From contig JBFRWI010000042.1 of NCBI GenBank assembly GCA_051439505.1, positions 1 to 43,503 on the forward strand: a DNA stretch of 43,503 bases. Reading direction: 5' to 3'. Shown in pieces: positions 27,859 to 38,024 of the stretch (positions are counted from its first letter, which is position 1; every line of letters begins with the position of its first letter). The position numbers were made by a program, and so were the translations under genes. Under the pieces are notes generated by a model. The model searched no databases. It was not told the DNA's origin and saw only the letters and a program-made list of their open reading frames with translations. The DNA comes from Hormoscilla sp. GTDB lineage: Bacteria > Cyanobacteriota > Cyanobacteriia > Cyanobacteriales > Desertifilaceae.

Positions 27859-28194
27859 TCATCCCAACGCTTGCAAAATTGACTCGATCTTGTCCTTGAG
27901 GTCTGGCAAATTTATCTCTACTACCGACCAAACAGTGTTTAGATCGACCTAGAAGTGTTGATGAACCAAGATATTTCGCATTCCCACCATCAAAGACCAA
28001 GGGATCTCAGGATTTTGTGCTCGCAATGGAGCCGACATCGCCCGGGCAGACTCACCGATAATCATAATTTGGTACAAAACCCCACTTTGAGTTAATTTGT
28101 CTTGCTCAAAAGTTTGCTTTCCGACCGTTGTGAACTGTTCAATATCTTCGATCGCCTTTAAGATATCCTTTAACCGGTCCCGATCGCTTCTGAC
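27859..28194 (-). pseudogene. HepT-like (DUF86/HEPN) ribonuclease toxin, inactivated
   Basis: Manual translation: (V)RSDRDRLKDILKAIEDIEQF...IIGESAR...NPEIPWSLMVGMRNILVHQHF*VDLNTVWSVV..NLPDLK, with HEPN motif RNILVH. In-frame TAG at 27949-27951; start codon position reads GTC. Confidence 0.85.
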
Positions 28195-28265
28195 AGTGCC
28201 ACGGCCTCTTGCAAAACTCGTTCCCGATATTCACCCTTTAAGCCTCCGGAAACTGTCACGTACAA
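28191..28265 (-). pseudogene. C-terminal remnant of an MntA-type nucleotidyltransferase antitoxin
   Basis: YVTVSGGLKGEYRERVLQEAVAL overlaps the HepT start in the usual (G/A)TGA manner, here mutated to GTCA. The N-terminal GSxARG/SDxD motifs are absent. Confidence 0.55.
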
Positions 28266-28417
28266 ATCATAACCGAGGCTCTTGCTAGTGAATCATTTTA
28301 TCCAAATGCGCCACCCGATGCTGCTGTTCGGAAGATGTCAGCCTCTGATTTTTCCGGAACGGTGCTTGTTCGATTAACTGATGCAAAGTCTCTGATGCCA
28401 TAACTAATTTAACAGAT

Positions 28418-28467
28418 ACTATCTTGATTATAGCCGATCGCAGATGTTCGGTCAAGGGGCGATCGCC
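28418..28467 (-). promoter_or_regulatory. Sigma70-type promoter, copy 2 (TTGACC-N17-TATAAT), facing the TA remnant
   Basis: Minus-strand -35 at 28450-28455 and -10 at 28427-28432; an ATG lies at 28401. Confidence 0.7.
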
Positions 28468-28788
28468 GTTTGTAGTAAGCACGAAGCGTGCTTCGCCGCC
28501 CCTAAGCTCAATCAGCAAATGTAAGGGAAAACCAGGTCACGGGCAAATCTTAAAAGATTTTGAAGATCCATAGAGCGCGTAAATCCCAGGATATACTCTA
28601 AAAGCAGTAGACATTATCCAGAGGAGGTGTTTGATGGCACGTATCAATGGCACGCGACGGTCGTGAGAGGCTGGAGGCCCGTAGTCGCCCGGTAATTGCC
28701 CCCGAAAGGTCGAGCAGTCTCAAACCCGTATAGTGACAAGTATTTCTCCCAAGAACAACGCCGAGTCTAGTTAAAAACATTATTTACT

Positions 28789-29886
28789 ATGAAAACTAAA
28801 CTGTACCTATTCGCAGTGCTATTATTCCTGTTTTCTTGTTATCAAAACACAGAGACATTTATCCCTGAAAAGCTTGAACAAACAAAGGTTGAACGTCAAA
28901 AAGGTGTGAACAACATGAGAGGCTTCAATTGGGCAGATGCACGTGATAATTTTGTTGATGGTTGGGTAATTCCATCAGGACTAACATCTGACGATAATTA
29001 TGCTACTGTTCGTAACATTGCCAACGACATTTTATCTGCATTTCAGAATGTTGGGGCAAATACAGTAAGACTTCCGATCAACCCATCGAGCGTTAGCGAT
29101 TCGTGGTGGGCAAACTACAAAGGAGCAATTGATGAAGCCCGTAGCATGGGAATGATGGTTATTCTTTGCTATTGGGAAGCTGCATCGTCTAAAGATGGCC
29201 TTGTAGATGATCTTAACTTATTCTGGGAAATGTGGGATCAAGTAGTTAGTGATTACAACGGAGACTCTGGTGTTCATTTTGAAGTGTTCAACGAACCACA
29301 TGGCTATAGCAAGAACGACCTAATTGCTCTGTATAGCGACTGGCTAAACCGTTATCCATCTGTACCTCGCGGTAGAATTATGCTTGGAGGAACTGGTTAT
29401 TCGGAAAGAGTTTCTGAAGTAGGAGGGGTATTCCCCGATTGCTTACTTTCGCAGCATATTTATGCATGGTGGGGACAGCATACAAGCACATCGGCTTGGG
29501 AAAGCGAGATTGCAGGACGAATTGGGGACTATGCCAGTAGAACTGTAATTACTGAATTTGGTGTGACAATGACTACTGGTAAAAATTATTCTGGATCGAT
29601 CGACGGAGATTATGAGATTGCTTTCCTAAAAGGAATTACAAGATATTCCAACAAAAATAATGTTGCGAGTGTTTACTGGCCAGGTCTTCGTGATGGCGAT
29701 TCCTATTCGCTTTATACCCATAATTCTGGAACAATGACCTTGACCAATTCTTCGGGCTTGGAACCTGTACAATACGCTTGGGGAATCGGCGAAACCCAAA
29801 TATCTGATTACAAAATAATTAACAGAAATAGTGGTAAGTTGTTGGATGTTAATGGTGCATCAATCCCAAGTACAAAATCAAAATGA
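28789..29886 (+). CDS. Glycoside hydrolase family 5 lipoprotein with truncated ricin-B/CBM13 domain; likely horizontally acquired
   Basis: Lipoprotein signal MKTKLYLFAVLLFLFSC. RGFNWADARDNF, NTVRLPIN, acid/base FNEPHG, nucleophile ITEFG, YWPGLR. Ends YKIINRNSGKLLDVNGAS, the first strands of a ricin repeat. Confidence 0.88.
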   Translation: MKTKLYLFAVLLFLFSCYQNTETFIPEKLEQTKVERQKGVNNMRGFNWADARDNFVDGWVIPSGLTSDDNYATVRNIANDILSAFQNVGANTVRLPINPSSVSDSWWANYKGAIDEARSMGMMVILCYWEAASSKDGLVDDLNLFWEMWDQVVSDYNGDSGVHFEVFNEPHGYSKNDLIALYSDWLNRYPSVPRGRIMLGGTGYSERVSEVGGVFPDCLLSQHIYAWWGQHTSTSAWESEIAGRIGDYASRTVITEFGVTMTTGKNYSGSIDGDYEIAFLKGITRYSNKNNVASVYWPGLRDGDSYSLYTHNSGTMTLTNSSGLEPVQYAWGIGETQISDYKIINRNSGKLLDVNGASIPSTKSK

Positions 29887-30059
29887 TACTTGCATAAATC
29901 ATCAATAGGACAGTTTTTAAACTCTTCCTTTATTCGGGAGATACAGCTAAATCAATTTTTTTGAAAGCAGTGTAAATCGAGCGTGTATCTTTGAGATTCA
30001 TGATTTTGTGCAGATTTAAGATCCTCAGACATAGCAAGTATACATAATTTATCTGTAAC

Positions 30060-30176
30060 TATAGCAAGCCAGCCATGAGTTGTGTAATAAGCCATTTGAC
30101 GCTCAAACCCTTACCATGCAATGCTTTAAGCCGCAGGCCCTCCCCCCGAAATATTTGCACAAATGATTTAGGCCGT
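30060..30176. mobile_element. Degenerate TATAGC-ended (Nezha-like) MITE
   Basis: Starts TATAGCAAG; ends TTTGCACAAATGATTTAGG, similar to the right end of 706-899. Confidence 0.45.
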
Positions 30177-30265
30177 TCCACAGATAAGTCGAGGATAAAG
30201 GCGATAAACACGCTCTTATTTTTGGCGATCGCCCCCTTAAGGCGTCCTCATTCCCAGGCAAGCAG

Positions 30266-30458
30266 TAATTGTTACAAATCTTTACAATTAGGGAAATCAT
30301 GGGCATCACAGAGAAGCCCGATCGATCGCAGGGATAATTGTTACAAATATTCACAATTGGCAATCTACATGGGCATCAGGGGAAGCCCGATCGATCCCAG
30401 AGATAATTGTTATAAAACTTTACAATTAGCGAAAGCATGGGCATCACAGGGAAGCCCG
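30266..30458 (+). repeat. 69-bp tandem repeat, ~2.8 copies, each with an HLR1-like direct repeat
   Basis: Units start at 30266, 30335 and 30404: TAATTGTTA.AAA..TT.ACAATT.G...CATGGGCATCA...GAAGCCCG. Confidence 0.9.
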
Positions 30459-30584
30459 CGCAGGCAGCGCATCCCGTCCCACTCGCGCTTAAGCAGCGCA
30501 TCCCGTCCCACTCGCGCCATCAGCGCATGCTCCTCCGAGAGCAGAGAGCACTTCGTACTTGTAGCCCGACCCTTGAGGGCGGGG
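30453..30584 (+). repeat. AGCCCGCGCAGGC-family REP expanded by an ~85-nt insert
   Basis: AGCCCGCGCAGGC-[(CAGCGCATCCCGTCCCACTCGCGC)x2...]-CTTCGTACTTGTAGCCCGACCCTTGAGGGCGGG. Confidence 0.7.
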
Positions 30585-30646
30585 ATTCCCGATAGAATAA
30601 AATAATCATATATGAACAAATCCTGACTGGACGCCAACAAAAATTA

Positions 30647-32659
30647 ATGAGTATTTCTACTTCGGTATTGTCAGAATTGTTGCAAGCCCAACCCGAACTG
30701 CGACCCCAAATTTACTTTAAACCTTCCTTAACCGCACTTTCCCATGCAATGGAAGACCAGGTGCTTGCGGGGTCAGACCAGCCATTGGTAATTGCCAACT
30801 TCCAACAAGAACGGTATTATCGTCAAGAAGCCCAGCGCTATGGACGCATTGGGAAGATAACACCACAGGTATACGTGTTAGCAGCAGCGGAAACGAAATT
30901 TAACGACGTATCCGGGACTTGCGAAACAGTAGCTTTTGCCCCCAAAGATGAGCTGTCAAATGAGTGGCATCTGGTAGTTGTCGGACAGCAATATGCCAGT
31001 TGTCTACTGTGCAGGGAACGAGAAACTTCCGTCCCCGAGAAAGTCTCCCTACTAGATGGCGACCAATACCGCCGCTTTGAAGGAGTATGGACCTTTAACC
31101 GTGCAGTTAGTTGCACGGCAGCAGAGCTATTGCTCGATCGGATCTTGACATACCGACCAGAATTAGCAGCTAAAATATCCATGGCCCGAAGTATGCTGGA
31201 AAATACCACGGTGAGATCGGACTGGACGAACATCGATCCGGGACCATTTGCCGAACGTTTAATGACTTACCTGCAAGCGGGTCAGTACAAATTACTTCAA
31301 GCTTATAATGCTATAGCAGCCCAGGAACAGAAAGAACGTCTGGTAAACTCGATTACAGATGCCATCAGGCGATCGCTCAATCCCGCAGAAATCTTGCAAG
31401 TAGCAGTCAGCGAACTAGGGACAGCACTCTCTACTAGCCGCTGTCTGATTTACCGCTGTAAAGCATCAGACAAAGTAGCCACTATCAGACATGAATATGT
31501 TGGCCTTGACGACCTTCCCTCCCTAGTGGGACAGACTTGGCAGTTGCAAGCTTCTCCCCTATTTACAGAAGTGCTACAGCAGCACTCCCCAGTATATGTA
31601 GAAGATACTGCGACCGACCCCCGCCTGGCAAGCAATCAACAAATAGCATCTGCGATCGCCAAGTGGAAAATTAAGTCCTGGCTGTTCATACCCGTACTAT
31701 ATAAAGACCAGTTGCTGGGCGCGATCGAGTTACACCACCAAAACTGCCACTCTTGGGAAAAAGATGAACTAGAATTAGCAACAGCGATCGCCACCCAAGT
31801 AGGAGTCGCCCTCATGCAAGCACAAGCCTACGCTAACCTAGAAGACCTCAATCAACAACTAGAAGCCCTCGATCGCACCACGCGCAACCTGATCGCCATC
31901 ACCGGTCACGAACTGCGAACCCCCCTATCCACCATTCAAGTTTGCCTAGAAAGTCTGGCCAGCGAACCCGACATGCCCCTAGACATGCGGCAAGTTATGC
32001 TCAACACCGCCCTAGGAGACGCCGAACGCCTGCGAGAAGTGATCGGCGACTTTCTTACCCTTTCCCGTTTAGAAAGCGGTAGCGTCGAATGGAACCCAGA
32101 ACCCCTACCCCTGCAAGAATGCATCGACTTAGCCATCAGCAACGCCCGCAGCCGTCAGATCGCCCCACAGCTACCTCAGATTACCATCGAACTGCCCCCA
32201 GAACTACCCCTAGTAGAGGTCGATGGTGAATGGTTAGTACAAGTGCTCTGTAAACTGATCGACAATGCCTTTAAGTTCACCCCGCCTGCGGGCCAAGTGA
32301 CCATTGCTGCCCATAGGAATGCCGAGCAGATGGTGGAAGTCTGCATCTGCGATACCGGACGCGGCATTGAAAGCGATCGCTTGGAGGCCGTCTTCGATCG
32401 CTTCTACCAGGAAGAAGGGGCATTGCGACGCACCACCGGCGGCACCGGTTTAGGATTAGCCATTTGCCGTCAGGTAGTTCAGAATTGGGGAGGGCAAATA
32501 TGGGCCCGATCGGCTGGCAAAGACCGAGGCAGTCAGTTCCATTTCACCCTTCCCATCACAGAAACAACTGCCGATCGCAAGTCCAACACTCCGACCCAAA
32601 AGAGTTCTCAGCGTCGCCCCACCAAGAGGAGCAGTTCCCGGCGGCGGGCACCTCGTTAA
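30647..32659 (+). CDS. Sensor histidine kinase, DICT + GAF + HisKA + HATPase_c
   Basis: DICT (FK.SLTALSHAMED, ANFQQERYY, EWHLVV), GAF domain, H-box GHELRTPL, N-box KLIDNAFKF, G boxes DTGRGI and GGTGLGLAIC. Confidence 0.93.
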   Translation: MSISTSVLSELLQAQPELRPQIYFKPSLTALSHAMEDQVLAGSDQPLVIANFQQERYYRQEAQRYGRIGKITPQVYVLAAAETKFNDVSGTCETVAFAPKDELSNEWHLVVVGQQYASCLLCRERETSVPEKVSLLDGDQYRRFEGVWTFNRAVSCTAAELLLDRILTYRPELAAKISMARSMLENTTVRSDWTNIDPGPFAERLMTYLQAGQYKLLQAYNAIAAQEQKERLVNSITDAIRRSLNPAEILQVAVSELGTALSTSRCLIYRCKASDKVATIRHEYVGLDDLPSLVGQTWQLQASPLFTEVLQQHSPVYVEDTATDPRLASNQQIASAIAKWKIKSWLFIPVLYKDQLLGAIELHHQNCHSWEKDELELATAIATQVGVALMQAQAYANLEDLNQQLEALDRTTRNLIAITGHELRTPLSTIQVCLESLASEPDMPLDMRQVMLNTALGDAERLREVIGDFLTLSRLESGSVEWNPEPLPLQECIDLAISNARSRQIAPQLPQITIELPPELPLVEVDGEWLVQVLCKLIDNAFKFTPPAGQVTIAAHRNAEQMVEVCICDTGRGIESDRLEAVFDRFYQEEGALRRTTGGTGLGLAICRQVVQNWGGQIWARSAGKDRGSQFHFTLPITETTADRKSNTPTQKSSQRRPTKRSSSRRRAPR

Positions 32660-32738
32660 TTTGAAGAACTGTTACAAAAACTTTATTCAAAGGTCATCGT
32701 AGTGATAGTATGGCTAAAACCCTTACATTTAACGATTC

Positions 32739-33164
32739 ATGAGTGAGACTCTGACTGGACAACCCCCTATTTTCGGTGGCAGCACCGGCGGCTTGCTAAC
32801 CAAAGCTCTTGTGGAAGAAAAGTACGCCATCACCTGGACTAGCCCCAAACAGCAAGTCTTTGAGATGCCCACAGGTGGCGCTGCCATCATGCAGGAAGGC
32901 GAAAATCTGCTGTACCTGGCCCGCAAAGAACAATGCATCGCCCTCGCCTACCGGCAGCTACGCCCCAAATTCAAAATCAACGACTACAAAATTTACCGTA
33001 TTTTTCCCAACGGTGAAACCGAGTACCTGCATCCAGCAGACGGCGTCGCCCCTGAAAAGGTGAACGAAGGGCGTGAATATAACGGCAAGATCGATCGCAA
33101 TATCGGCAGCAACCCAGAACCTGCCACCCTCAAGTTCAGCGGCAAAATGCCTTACGATGTCTAG
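32739..33164 (+). CDS. psaD: Photosystem I reaction centre subunit II
   Basis: [47 protein letters not shown]. Confidence 0.99.
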   Translation: MSETLTGQPPIFGGSTGGLLTKALVEEKYAITWTSPKQQVFEMPTGGAAIMQEGENLLYLARKEQCIALAYRQLRPKFKINDYKIYRIFPNGETEYLHPADGVAPEKVNEGREYNGKIDRNIGSNPEPATLKFSGKMPYDV

Positions 33165-33398
33165 AATAGTCCCACTTGTTAATTGCTCGGGGTAAATTGT
33201 TCCTGGTCAAACATACCCTCGTGCTTCTTGAGAAACCCGGCAACTTTTGCGAAACCGGGTTTCTCAATTTGAGGGGTGTAAGTCAAATATTATTGCTATA
33301 GGCCCCTTCCCGGACAGTGCTTGGGGATCTCGTCTTCACGTCTGTCACCTACAACTGGTAATGGAGATACTAACAAATTACAACTAACAACTAACAAC

Positions 33399-35015
33399 TT
33401 ACCAGAATCCCCGTTTACCGTTAGGCAGCACTGTCGCCCAATTAGTCCGGGCCATCTTCAACTGTTGCTCGGTGATTTTAGCACCAGTCAGATTAGCTCC
33501 ACAGAGATTAGCTCCCCGTAGATTAGCATTGCTGAGATAGGCATAGCTCAGATTTGCCCCTCGCAGGTCCGCCCCTTCCAAATTAGCATAGTTAAAATAA
33601 GCACGACTTAAATTAGCATCCCGCAGATTAGTCTGCTTTAACCGCGCCTTTCCAAAGTCAGTCCTAAATAGATTAGCTCCTCGAAAGTCAGTTTTCACGA
33701 ACTTAGACTCGCGGAAAATCGCTTCAGTAAAATCTGCTTGTTGCAGGTTCAGGTTACTCAAATCGTGGTCTACAAAATCCCGTCTGCCCTTAGCATAGTA
33801 AGTTAATAAATCCTCTGATTTCAGCCTAGTGGGAATTTTGATCTTATTATTGGGACCGCCGCGCTGGCGATCGCCAGAATTTACCGAAGTAGCTGGAGGA
33901 GGAGTCGTCCCACGCCTTGCTATTCCCCCACTGTCATTATGACTTCCCCCCAACTTAGTGTTTCGGCGTCGAATCCGCGTCCCCATCCGGCCTGATTGGT
34001 TGGACCCTGACGAACCAGGATTAAATCTACCAGAATCAGCGTTACCTGGGTGATTAGACCCTGGTTGGGACGACGACGTCGGATTCGCGATCATACTCTG
34101 GGCTAAACTATCTAGGTAAGGCTCTAAATCCAGAGCGCGGAGGATCTCTCTAGCCGACTGGAAGCGATGACGGACAGAAACCTCCAGCATTTTCTTCAAC
34201 ACGCTGGCCAGATGATCGCTTACCCTCACATTTCGCTGCCACAGCATTTCACCCGTCGCGGGGTCATAGTCCAGATCTTTAGGGGATTTCCCCGTCAGCA
34301 GATATAAGCAGGTAACTCCGATCGCATAGATATCACTCGCATAGACGGGTCGCAGTGCCATCTGTTCTGGTGGCGCATAGCCTGGGGTGCCAATGGCAAA
34401 GGCTGTCAGGGCTGTCTGGTCAGAATTGGCACTCGCCGTTGGGTTTACCTGGTCTTTAACAGCCCCAAAATCAATCAGAACTAGCTTTTTATCCTGGTTC
34501 CGACGAATCAGATTAGCTGGTTTAATATCCCGGTGAATCACTTGCTGAGAGTGGATATATTCTATGACCGGCAACAATTCACTCAGAAACTGCTTGATCC
34601 CTGCTTCGGTGAATGGTCCCCCCCGTTTCACCTCTCGATGCAACGTCGAGCCGCTAATATACTCTTGGACTAAATAAAATTCCTGCTCAGTTTCAAAGTA
34701 GTCTAGCAGTCCGGGCAGTTGAGGATGATTGCCAATCTTCCCCAGGGTTTTTGCTTCTCGCCGAAATAGTTCCCGCGCCATTTGGAGGACCTGCGGCGTG
34801 CTGGACGCGGGGCGCAGTTGCTTGATGACACAATAGGGTTGTCCAGGTAAGGATTCGTTCCTGGCTAAAAAGGTCGCCCCAAACCCCCCTTGTCCTAAAG
34901 ATTTGACCGATCTATAGCGATCGCGCAGCAGCAGTTTCGAGCCACAGGCCAAGCAGACTGTGCTTTTGGGAGGATTTTCAGGATTGGAACAATCAGGATT
35001 TACGCAGTAGCTCAT
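33399..35015 (-). CDS. spkB: Ser/Thr protein kinase with C-terminal pentapeptide repeats (SpkB-like)
   Basis: N-terminal CxNPxC...CxxCG, LGQGGFG, VIKQL, HRDIKPAN, LIDFG, GTPGYAPPE, C-terminal A(N/D)LxxA repeats. Confidence 0.85.
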   Translation of the reverse strand: MSYCVNPDCSNPENPPKSTVCLACGSKLLLRDRYRSVKSLGQGGFGATFLARNESLPGQPYCVIKQLRPASSTPQVLQMARELFRREAKTLGKIGNHPQLPGLLDYFETEQEFYLVQEYISGSTLHREVKRGGPFTEAGIKQFLSELLPVIEYIHSQQVIHRDIKPANLIRRNQDKKLVLIDFGAVKDQVNPTASANSDQTALTAFAIGTPGYAPPEQMALRPVYASDIYAIGVTCLYLLTGKSPKDLDYDPATGEMLWQRNVRVSDHLASVLKKMLEVSVRHRFQSAREILRALDLEPYLDSLAQSMIANPTSSSQPGSNHPGNADSGRFNPGSSGSNQSGRMGTRIRRRNTKLGGSHNDSGGIARRGTTPPPATSVNSGDRQRGGPNNKIKIPTRLKSEDLLTYYAKGRRDFVDHDLSNLNLQQADFTEAIFRESKFVKTDFRGANLFRTDFGKARLKQTNLRDANLSRAYFNYANLEGADLRGANLSYAYLSNANLRGANLCGANLTGAKITEQQLKMARTNWATVLPNGKRGFW

Positions 35016-35579
35016 GCATCACTCGCTTCAACATCGCCGGTATATTGCCACCCTAGATTTACGGTCGCTTGCAGGTACTTTTTTCTCCGATTGCGGGGAT
35101 TGCGGTAAAACCCTTGACAAGTGGCTATACTCTGCGAGAGCGACCCCAGACAAGCCCCGCCGGGAATCACTTGTATTGTAGTCAATCTGAACGACTTGGT
35201 GCCGATTTCCCTAGCGAGGCCGGCCCATACGGAGCTACTCTACCCCCCTTGAGGTTTCCGGCAATCTACTCGGTCGATCGGCATGATTTCATACCCGCGT
35301 TCCCTACCACCAGATTGAGCGCCTACCATAGCCGATGTCAGGGCCGTCGAGCCGTTGTCGGCTATCGTCAGGCTCAAGTAACTTAGGCTAGGATAGAATC
35401 CCACCTCGATTGAGATTATAGCAGGTTCAGCATTGCTCCGATCTGCGATTCGGCGGATGCGATCGGAAAACTATTGCTATTGAATATATGATAGCACAAA
35501 ATCAACAACGGCGTGAAGCAGATTTCCTGCGGTGGAAAATTAAAATACTGACAACATACAACTGACAACAAGCAAAAAC

Positions 35580-38024
35580 ATGCGGATATCACTGAACTGG
35601 CTGGGAGAACTGGTAGAGTTGACGCGCGAACCCGAAGAGTTGGCGGAAACCCTGACAATGGCAGGGTTTGAGGTGGAAGAGATCGAAGACCGCCGCAGTT
35701 GGGCGGATGGGGTGGTGGTAGGAAAGATAATTGATGCCACACGCCACCCCAATGCTGACAAGCTACAGGTCACTCAGGTGGACGTAGGTGGGCAAGAACC
35801 ATTAAATATCGTCTGTGGAGCGGCCAATGCTAGGGCAGATATCTATGTACCGGTGGCAACTGCGGGCACCTATCTGCCGAAAATCGATTTGAAGATTAAA
35901 CGCGCTAAACTGCGTGGCGTGGCTTCCGAGGGGATGATTTGCTCCTTGGCAGAACTGGGCTTAGAAAAGAAATCAGCCGGAATTCATATTTTTGAGCAAC
36001 AAGATCTCCAGCTGGGTAGCGATGCGCGACCGTTGCTGGGCTTGGATGATGTGGTTCTAGACCTGACTTCCACTGCCAACCGGGCTGATGCCCTGAGTAT
36101 GGTAGGGGTGGCCCGGGAAGTAGCGGCTTTGACAGGAGGCACCTTAAAGTTACCAGCGACTGTTGATATTTCTATCCCAGAGGATACATCTAGTTTAGGA
36201 ATAAAAATATCCCAATCCCAAGCCTGCCCGGCCTACATAGGAACGGTGATGTCCGGGATTGAAATTGGCCCTGCCCCTACTTGGTTGCAGCAGCGTCTGC
36301 TGAGTGCTGGAGTGCGACCGATTAACAATGTGGTGGATGTGACCAATTATATTATGTTGGAATGGGGTCAGCCTCTCCATGCCTTCGATCTCGACCGCCT
36401 GCAAGCAGTAGCGGGAGGAGATAACTTGATAATTGGGGTTCGTTATGCTAACAAGGGAGAATCGCTTGCTACTTTGGATGATGAGAAGCGGACTCTACAA
36501 ACACAGAATCTACTGATTACTGCTAATGACAAGGCAGTGGCTTTAGCTGGGATTATGGGGGGTGCCGAAACAGAGGTCCATGGCGAGACGACAGCTATAG
36601 TATTGGAAGCAGCGCTGTTTGATTCAGCGGCGATTCGCAGATCGGCCCGGACTCAAGGGTTGCGGACGGAAGCATCGGCCCGATATGAACGAGGGGTAAA
36701 TCAGGCGGAGTTGGAAGTAGCTTGTAGTCGTGCGGTGCAGCTGTTGACAGAGTTGGCCAAGGCATTACCTGTAGCCCAAGCAATGGCTGACAGTCGTCCG
36801 GAAAAATCAGCTTGGTCTCGGAACATTGAGTTGCGCCAGGCGATAGTATACCAGGTTTTAGGAGAGGTAGAACTCTCAGAAGAAACGATCGGGGAAATTC
36901 CGCCTGGGGAAATTGAGCGGATCCTGAAGGCCCTGGGATGTCAGCTGACTCTGAAAACGGAGGGGGTCTGGACGGTGACAGTGCCACCCTATCGCTATCG
37001 GGACTTGGAACGGGAAATTGATTTGATTGAGGAAATTGCTCGTGTCTACGGCTACGATAATTTCTGTTCTACTTTGCCGACTCAGGCGGAACTGGGTTAT
37101 CTGCCTATTGAAGAAATGGTCATCAGGCAGTGTCGTGCGGCTTTTCGGGCTGCGGGTCTGACGGAGTTAATGCATTATTCTTACTCGGTGAATCTATCGT
37201 CCGACGATCGCCTGGTAAATATTGCTAATCCCCTATTTACAGAATATTCTAGCCTGCGGACGGAACTGCTGTCTGGTCTGATTAAGAGTTGTCAGTATAA
37301 TCTGGAACAGGGAAATGGCTTGCTGCATGGCTTTGAGATTGGTCGGATATTCTGGCGATCGGAAGATGGGTTAATGGAAGCTGAGTCGATCGCGGGTATT
37401 ATGGGGGGCGATCGCACTGTGGGTAAGTGGCCCCGGGGCGGACGGTCTCAACCGATGACTTGGTACGAGGCGAAGGGGGTTTTGGAAACTGTATTTGAAA
37501 GGTTGGGTTGTCCGGTAGAGTATCAACCGGACCGGTCTGACGCGCGCCTGCACCCGGGACGTACTGCTTCTTTATGGTTACAAGGGGAACGCCTGGGGGT
37601 GTTTGGTCAACTGCATCCCCAACTGCGCCAGCAACTGGAGTTACCCGATGCGGTCTACGGCTTTGAGCTGGATTTCGATGTGATGGTAGATTACCTTAGT
37701 AATGATTCTCGCGTCACACCGACGTTTTCCAGCTATTCTACTTACCCCGGGAGCGATCGCGATCTGGCTTTGTTCGCTCCTCTAGAGGTTTCGGTGGCTG
37801 ATATCTCCAGGGAGATATGTAAAGCTAGTGGCAGTTTACTGGCCTCGGTGGAGTTGTTTGATGAATATCGCGGTGACAATGTACCAGCTGGACAGCGGAG
37901 TTTGGCCTTTCGGTTGCTCTATCGGGCGGGCGATCGCACTCTCACTGATGCTGAGGTGGAACCGGTCCATCAAAAGGTCCGAGATGCCCTAGTCTCCAAA
38001 TTCAGCGTCAGCCTCAGAAGTTAG
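35580..38024 (+). CDS. pheT: Phenylalanine--tRNA ligase beta subunit
   Basis: [59 protein letters not shown]-terminal FDX-ACB domain. Confidence 0.98.
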   Translation: MRISLNWLGELVELTREPEELAETLTMAGFEVEEIEDRRSWADGVVVGKIIDATRHPNADKLQVTQVDVGGQEPLNIVCGAANARADIYVPVATAGTYLPKIDLKIKRAKLRGVASEGMICSLAELGLEKKSAGIHIFEQQDLQLGSDARPLLGLDDVVLDLTSTANRADALSMVGVAREVAALTGGTLKLPATVDISIPEDTSSLGIKISQSQACPAYIGTVMSGIEIGPAPTWLQQRLLSAGVRPINNVVDVTNYIMLEWGQPLHAFDLDRLQAVAGGDNLIIGVRYANKGESLATLDDEKRTLQTQNLLITANDKAVALAGIMGGAETEVHGETTAIVLEAALFDSAAIRRSARTQGLRTEASARYERGVNQAELEVACSRAVQLLTELAKALPVAQAMADSRPEKSAWSRNIELRQAIVYQVLGEVELSEETIGEIPPGEIERILKALGCQLTLKTEGVWTVTVPPYRYRDLEREIDLIEEIARVYGYDNFCSTLPTQAELGYLPIEEMVIRQCRAAFRAAGLTELMHYSYSVNLSSDDRLVNIANPLFTEYSSLRTELLSGLIKSCQYNLEQGNGLLHGFEIGRIFWRSEDGLMEAESIAGIMGGDRTVGKWPRGGRSQPMTWYEAKGVLETVFERLGCPVEYQPDRSDARLHPGRTASLWLQGERLGVFGQLHPQLRQQLELPDAVYGFELDFDVMVDYLSNDSRVTPTFSSYSTYPGSDRDLALFAPLEVSVADISREICKASGSLLASVELFDEYRGDNVPAGQRSLAFRLLYRAGDRTLTDAEVEPVHQKVRDALVSKFSVSLRS

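Noticed and set aside
28535..28650. c-di-GMP-I riboswitch (GGTCAC..GGCAAA) or SAM-I riboswitch (TTATCCAGAG..GGTG)
   Set aside because: Only the first few nucleotides match; the downstream conserved cores (GACGCAAAG; GAGGGA..GGCCC, GCAACC) are missing.
29863..30031. Minus-strand gene fragment abutting the truncated GH5 (MSEDLKSAQNH...)
   Set aside because: Short, interrupted by a stop and unidentifiable without a search.
30266..30458. CRISPR mini-array (69-bp period)
   Set aside because: Similarity extends across the whole unit, so there is no repeat/spacer alternation.
30075..30640. ORFs 30075..30605, 30103..30363 and 30410..30640
   Set aside because: Composed of MITE, 69-bp repeat and REP sequence, with no protein motifs.
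32661..32690. HLR1 site upstream of psaD
   Set aside because: Only one good half-site (GTTACAAA at 32671-32678); plausible from known PSI regulation but not supportable from sequence alone.
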